DNA from: a virus
Length of the DNA stretch: 64,000 nucleotides
Virus record (IMG/VR): IMGVR_UViG_3300020215_000051
Strand: one strand, 5' to 3'
Numbering within the stretch: position 1 is the first letter of the stretch; each line of letters opens with the position of its first letter. A program made the translations under genes and the position numbers. This document shows positions 59,701-64,000 of this stretch, piece by piece. The notes under the pieces were generated by a model, which saw only the letters and a program-made list of their open reading frames with translations, was not told the DNA's origin and ran no database searches.

Positions 59701-62700
59701 ATGGTAAAGCAGCTATCGCAATGTGCGTTGCTGATCCAGATGTAATGCCAATGGCCATGGCGTGGAGACGCATGCCCGAAACTCATGGAGAGTATAACAA
59801 AGATTTAGATCGTGAAGAATATGTAACCTATTGTCGTTTTGGCCTCGGCTGCAAACGTAAAGAAGCAATGGTTGTTCTTATTCATAACGTCACGAACGTA
59901 GCATAGTAGGAGGAATACATCATGGCTTTTGAAGCAGATGGCAATGGCCTTCACGTATGGTACGGCCCTCGTCAAGTAGCTAGTGAAATTCAAGGCGCTG
60001 CCGGTAAAGTTAGAACTTCCGGTAACGTAAAAGAATTAGTAATTGATTTTTCTTATGATCAATTACCTGCTGCTAGCTCTAATAACGCACTCAATCAGGT
60101 TATTCCCGCCAAGTCTCTTATTTTAGAGGCTCAAGTGGAGGTATTAACTGCGTTTGCTGGAGGTACGTCCTACGATATTGGTACAGAACAAACTGATGGT
60201 ACAGACATTGATACAGACGGTATCGCAAATGATATCTTACTTGCATCATTGAATGCCGCCGGTAAGCGAGTTCTGTTAGATCCAAATAATACTGACTCTT
60301 TAAGTGGTGCTTTAATCGGTAAAGTTTCTAGCACAACTTTAGATAGTCAGATCATAGTAATCGCAACTGGAACATTTACGGCTGGTAAAGCACGCTTAAC
60401 CATTCGTTATATTCCACCTTCCGCGTAACCACAGTGAGCCAATTATTTAAAGTAATTGGCTCATTTTTCTGAGGTAAAATAAATATGGCAACTAATGTTG
60501 ATATGAATGGACTAAACCTACAGGTTGAATCCGTAACATTAGGCGGCACAACCCCAGGTTCTCCAGGATCTAGTACGATTTCTTCAACGGAAATCAATTT
60601 CTTAGATGGAGTAACCGCAGGCACAGCAACAGCAAGTAAAGCAGTTGTTTTAGGAGCATCGAAAGAAATTTCGACTATTACTACCGCAACTATTACTAAT
60701 TTAACGTCAACAGCAATAACAATCGGTGCAACAGCACTTGATGCCACTGCTGCTGAAATTAATGCTCGTTGTGATGATTCTGCAATGACAGAAACCAGAA
60801 CAGGGGCGGGGGCTATTAGTGTCACCGTAGCACACACAAACCTTGTTACCACAGGGGCGGACGCACTTACATTAGCGGCTCCAACCAAACCAGGCATGGT
60901 TAAAACAATACACATGACCACAGACGGCGGTGACGGTACTTTAGCGAGTACTAATATCATTGGCCAATCTTCTGGTACTACAAGTATTACATTTAACGAC
61001 GCAGGGGATTACCTTGTTTTAGTAGCAGTTCCAGGTTTAGCAAAATGGGCTGTTTTAAAAGAAGGCGGTGTAACCGCAGCTTAATGTTGATATCCCTTCT
61101 TTCAAGAGGGGATATTTTTTTATTCATTTAAAATAAGAAATGACTATAAAAATATAGACAAAACGAGATATAACAATGTCAATAGAACATGCCAATATAA
61201 CTGATCCTAATATTCATGAATGCAAAGGTTTTGCCGCTGCTTCCGCCAATACGGTTCGTGTAGCTAATGGAGTAGGTGGAGCATCCATGCTGCCCTATGT
61301 TAGGCAAGTGGTTGTAGATGCTTACATCTCTGCTATTGGAACAGCAGGAACTTATTATGTTGCTACTCCTTATGCCGGAACAATTGATAACATTTATTGT
61401 GTTCACGATCTTTTAACAGATACAGCAGATACCATCCTCTCTTTCCAAATAAATGGTGTTGCTGTTACCAATGGAAATATAACTATTGCAAACGGTACAG
61501 CAGCAGGGACTGTTACTAGCTCTACTCCCAGTGCAAATAATAGTGTAACGGCAGGCGGTAAAATAGCCATTATCACTGATGGTGGTACGGGCGCTTCTCC
61601 TAATGCTCGCATTTCTTTTGCGATAACTAGGAGTTAATTATGGCCCACCGAATGACTTTGCTCCAAATGGTGCAATCTATTATGACCTCTATGGATAGTG
61701 ATAGTGTGAATAGTATTAGTGACCTCATTGAATCACAATCTATAGCAGACACTATTAAGGATATTTATTTTGATTTAATTGCCAGACGCGATTGGGAACA
61801 TTTAAAAACAACCACTCCATTAGAAGCAGTTAGCAATGTATCACAACCCACAAAAATTAAAATTCCAGATGATATTTATCGGATTGATGTTTTGAAATAT
61901 AACAAAAAATTGAGTGCGGATACTTCAGCTAAATATGAAGATGTTACTTACCTTCCCCCAGAAGAATTCTTAGATCTTGTATTAGCAAGAAATTCAGCTG
62001 CCAGTAATATTAGCGCTTATAACATGGATAATGGTACTCCTCTTTATATTATTGAAGATCATATGCCCACCTACTGGACTTCTTTTGATAATGAATATAT
62101 TTACTTTGATTCTATTTCTCTTGATGATGAAGCAACAGTTCAAGCTAGTCGCTCATTAATTTATGGTGTCAAAGAACCTGCTTGGACAGCGTCTGACACC
62201 TTTATTCCTGATTTACCCGCACAACAATTCCCTCTTCTATTAGAGACAGCTCGTAAAACGTGTTTTAAACGATTCAAACAAGCTGTGGATGAAGAATCAG
62301 AACGCTCCTCGGTTAAACAATATAATTCGATGAGACACAATCAATTTAGAGTTGGAGGAGGAGCAAAGTTTTTCAACTGGGGAATAAAAAGGAGACGATA
62401 GTGAACTTAATGTTAATCCCCCTCTAACGAAAGGCTAAAAGGATACGATAATGAACTTATTAGATAAAATACAACATAATGCTCTAGTATCTGGCGGCGC
62501 GCTTGAAATAGGTGAAACACCTAATGGTAAGAAGATTGCTATTTTCAATGCCCCGAATACCAGTATGTACGCCATCAAATTTATCCCCGGCGGTGAGTTG
62601 CCACAGGAATTAGAAGGTCTTTTCACCTCGCCCACAGAAGCTACTTTAGTAGTTCATCGTTATCTCGCCCATAATAAAAACAAAAAAGAAAAATAATCAT

Positions 62701-64000
62701 GTCAGTTACTGTCGGACTAAAAAACAACTTTTCTTTTTCGAAAGGTTATATTACTGAAGTCACACCCTTGACCTATCCGGATAATGCTTGTGTTGATATT
62801 GATAATACAGACATTAACAATGATGGGAGTGCTTCAAGACGACTAGGAGTAGATTACGAAACCAATTATACCAAGTCGGCTAACATTGCCCAATCAACGG
62901 TAGAAGCAGACGGTATTTCAGTTGGTACTTGGGAAAATGTAGGGGGAAATCCTAATCTACGTTTTGCTGTTGTCCAAATAGGTACGACTCTTTATTTTCA
63001 TAATTTATCAGCAACAGGTGCACTAAGTACAAATATAAAAGGGTTCACTATTAATCTAACCTCTTTTAAGCAGCCTAACTCCTCTAATGCAGGTAGCGAC
63101 CCCGTCCAAGTTACTAGCGCCAAAGGTTATTTATTTGTTGTTAGTAATCAAATTGAACCTTTTTACATAACATATACTGCTTCAACTGATACGATAGCAA
63201 CAACCTCAGTTACAATTTCCATACGTGATTTAGTCGGTGTGTCTGATAGCTTAGCCACTGACGCAACCCCTGCTACTTTATCCAATGCACACAAATATAA
63301 TTTGTTAAATCAGGGCTGGGACAATACTAAAATTAATGCTTATTTTACTGCTAAATCTAAATACCCTTCTAATGCACAGATTTGGCATGTCGCAAAAGAT
63401 TCTAATGATGCCTTTAGTCCAGATCTCTTAGATAAAACTAACTTCGGTAATACCCCTGCTGCTAAAGGACGCTTCATACTTAATGCTTTTACTCGTGATC
63501 GATCAGGTGTTTCTGGTGTAGCAAGTATCTCTACTGACCCTCGAACCACACGGCCCTCTACTGTTTTATTTTATTCAGGTCGTGTTTTATATGCAGGGCA
63601 AGAACCTGGTGTTATTTACATTAGTAAGGTAATAGAAAGCACAACAGACTTTGGCGTTTGTTATCAAACTGCTGATCCTACTTCAGAGCAAATTTCTGAC
63701 TTGATATCGAGTGATGGTATTCATCTACAAATTCCTGAATGTGGTTCCATTTACAAACTCATTGCTATAAGAGATGGGGTATTAATCTTTGCAACCAATG
63801 GTATATGGCAATTACGTGGAGATAACGGCCCTTTTACAGCAACGAATCAACAAGCCACTAAGTTAACGGATATTACTCTCGTCAGTCCACAAGCTATTAC
63901 GACTGTAGAAGGTGTTCCTACTTTCATTAGTGAAAGTGGTATTTATACAATGGAACCGGATAAAGTCACCAGCTTAGCAACACCCATTAATATTACTATT
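47669..64000 (+). repeat. Direct repeat of 1-16332 (period 47,668 bp); second copy of all features in that interval, ending inside the tail tubular B gene
   Basis: Window start cagttaagaataag recurs at 47669; every listed ORF recurs at +47,668 with identical translation; the window end matches position 16332. Confidence 0.97.

Overview
The window is one complete 47,668-bp phage genome (1-47668) followed by an exact re-run of its first 16,332 bp (47669-64000), most likely an over-extended circular or concatemeric assembly. All features in 1-16332 recur at +47,668 and are listed once. The phage is AT-rich and podovirus-like. The + strand carries two tail fibres, a holin, TerS/TerL, portal, scaffold, capsid, T7 gp11/gp12-like tail proteins, three internal virion proteins and an M15 endolysin. 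The - strand carries a T7-like replication module (primase-helicase, a family A DNA polymerase split into two genes, SSB-like protein, 5'-3' exonuclease, resolvase) but no phage RNA polymerase. It appears temperate: a tyrosine integrase and Xis-like gene sit beside an attP whose core is the 3' half of tRNA-Asn(GTT). The most unusual elements are (i) a ~720-nt densely base-paired non-coding region before the virion genes, (ii) a second ~300-nt pseudoknotted RNA candidate behind its own sigma70 promoter, (iii) ClpX-like, exported ClpP-like and J-domain proteins together in one small phage, (iv) a -1 slippery heptamer directly before a virion gene stop, (v) the split polymerase with two mini-ORFs in the gap, and (vi) an HTH-less antitoxin-like peptide. 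All product calls come from motif recognition by eye; no searches were run.
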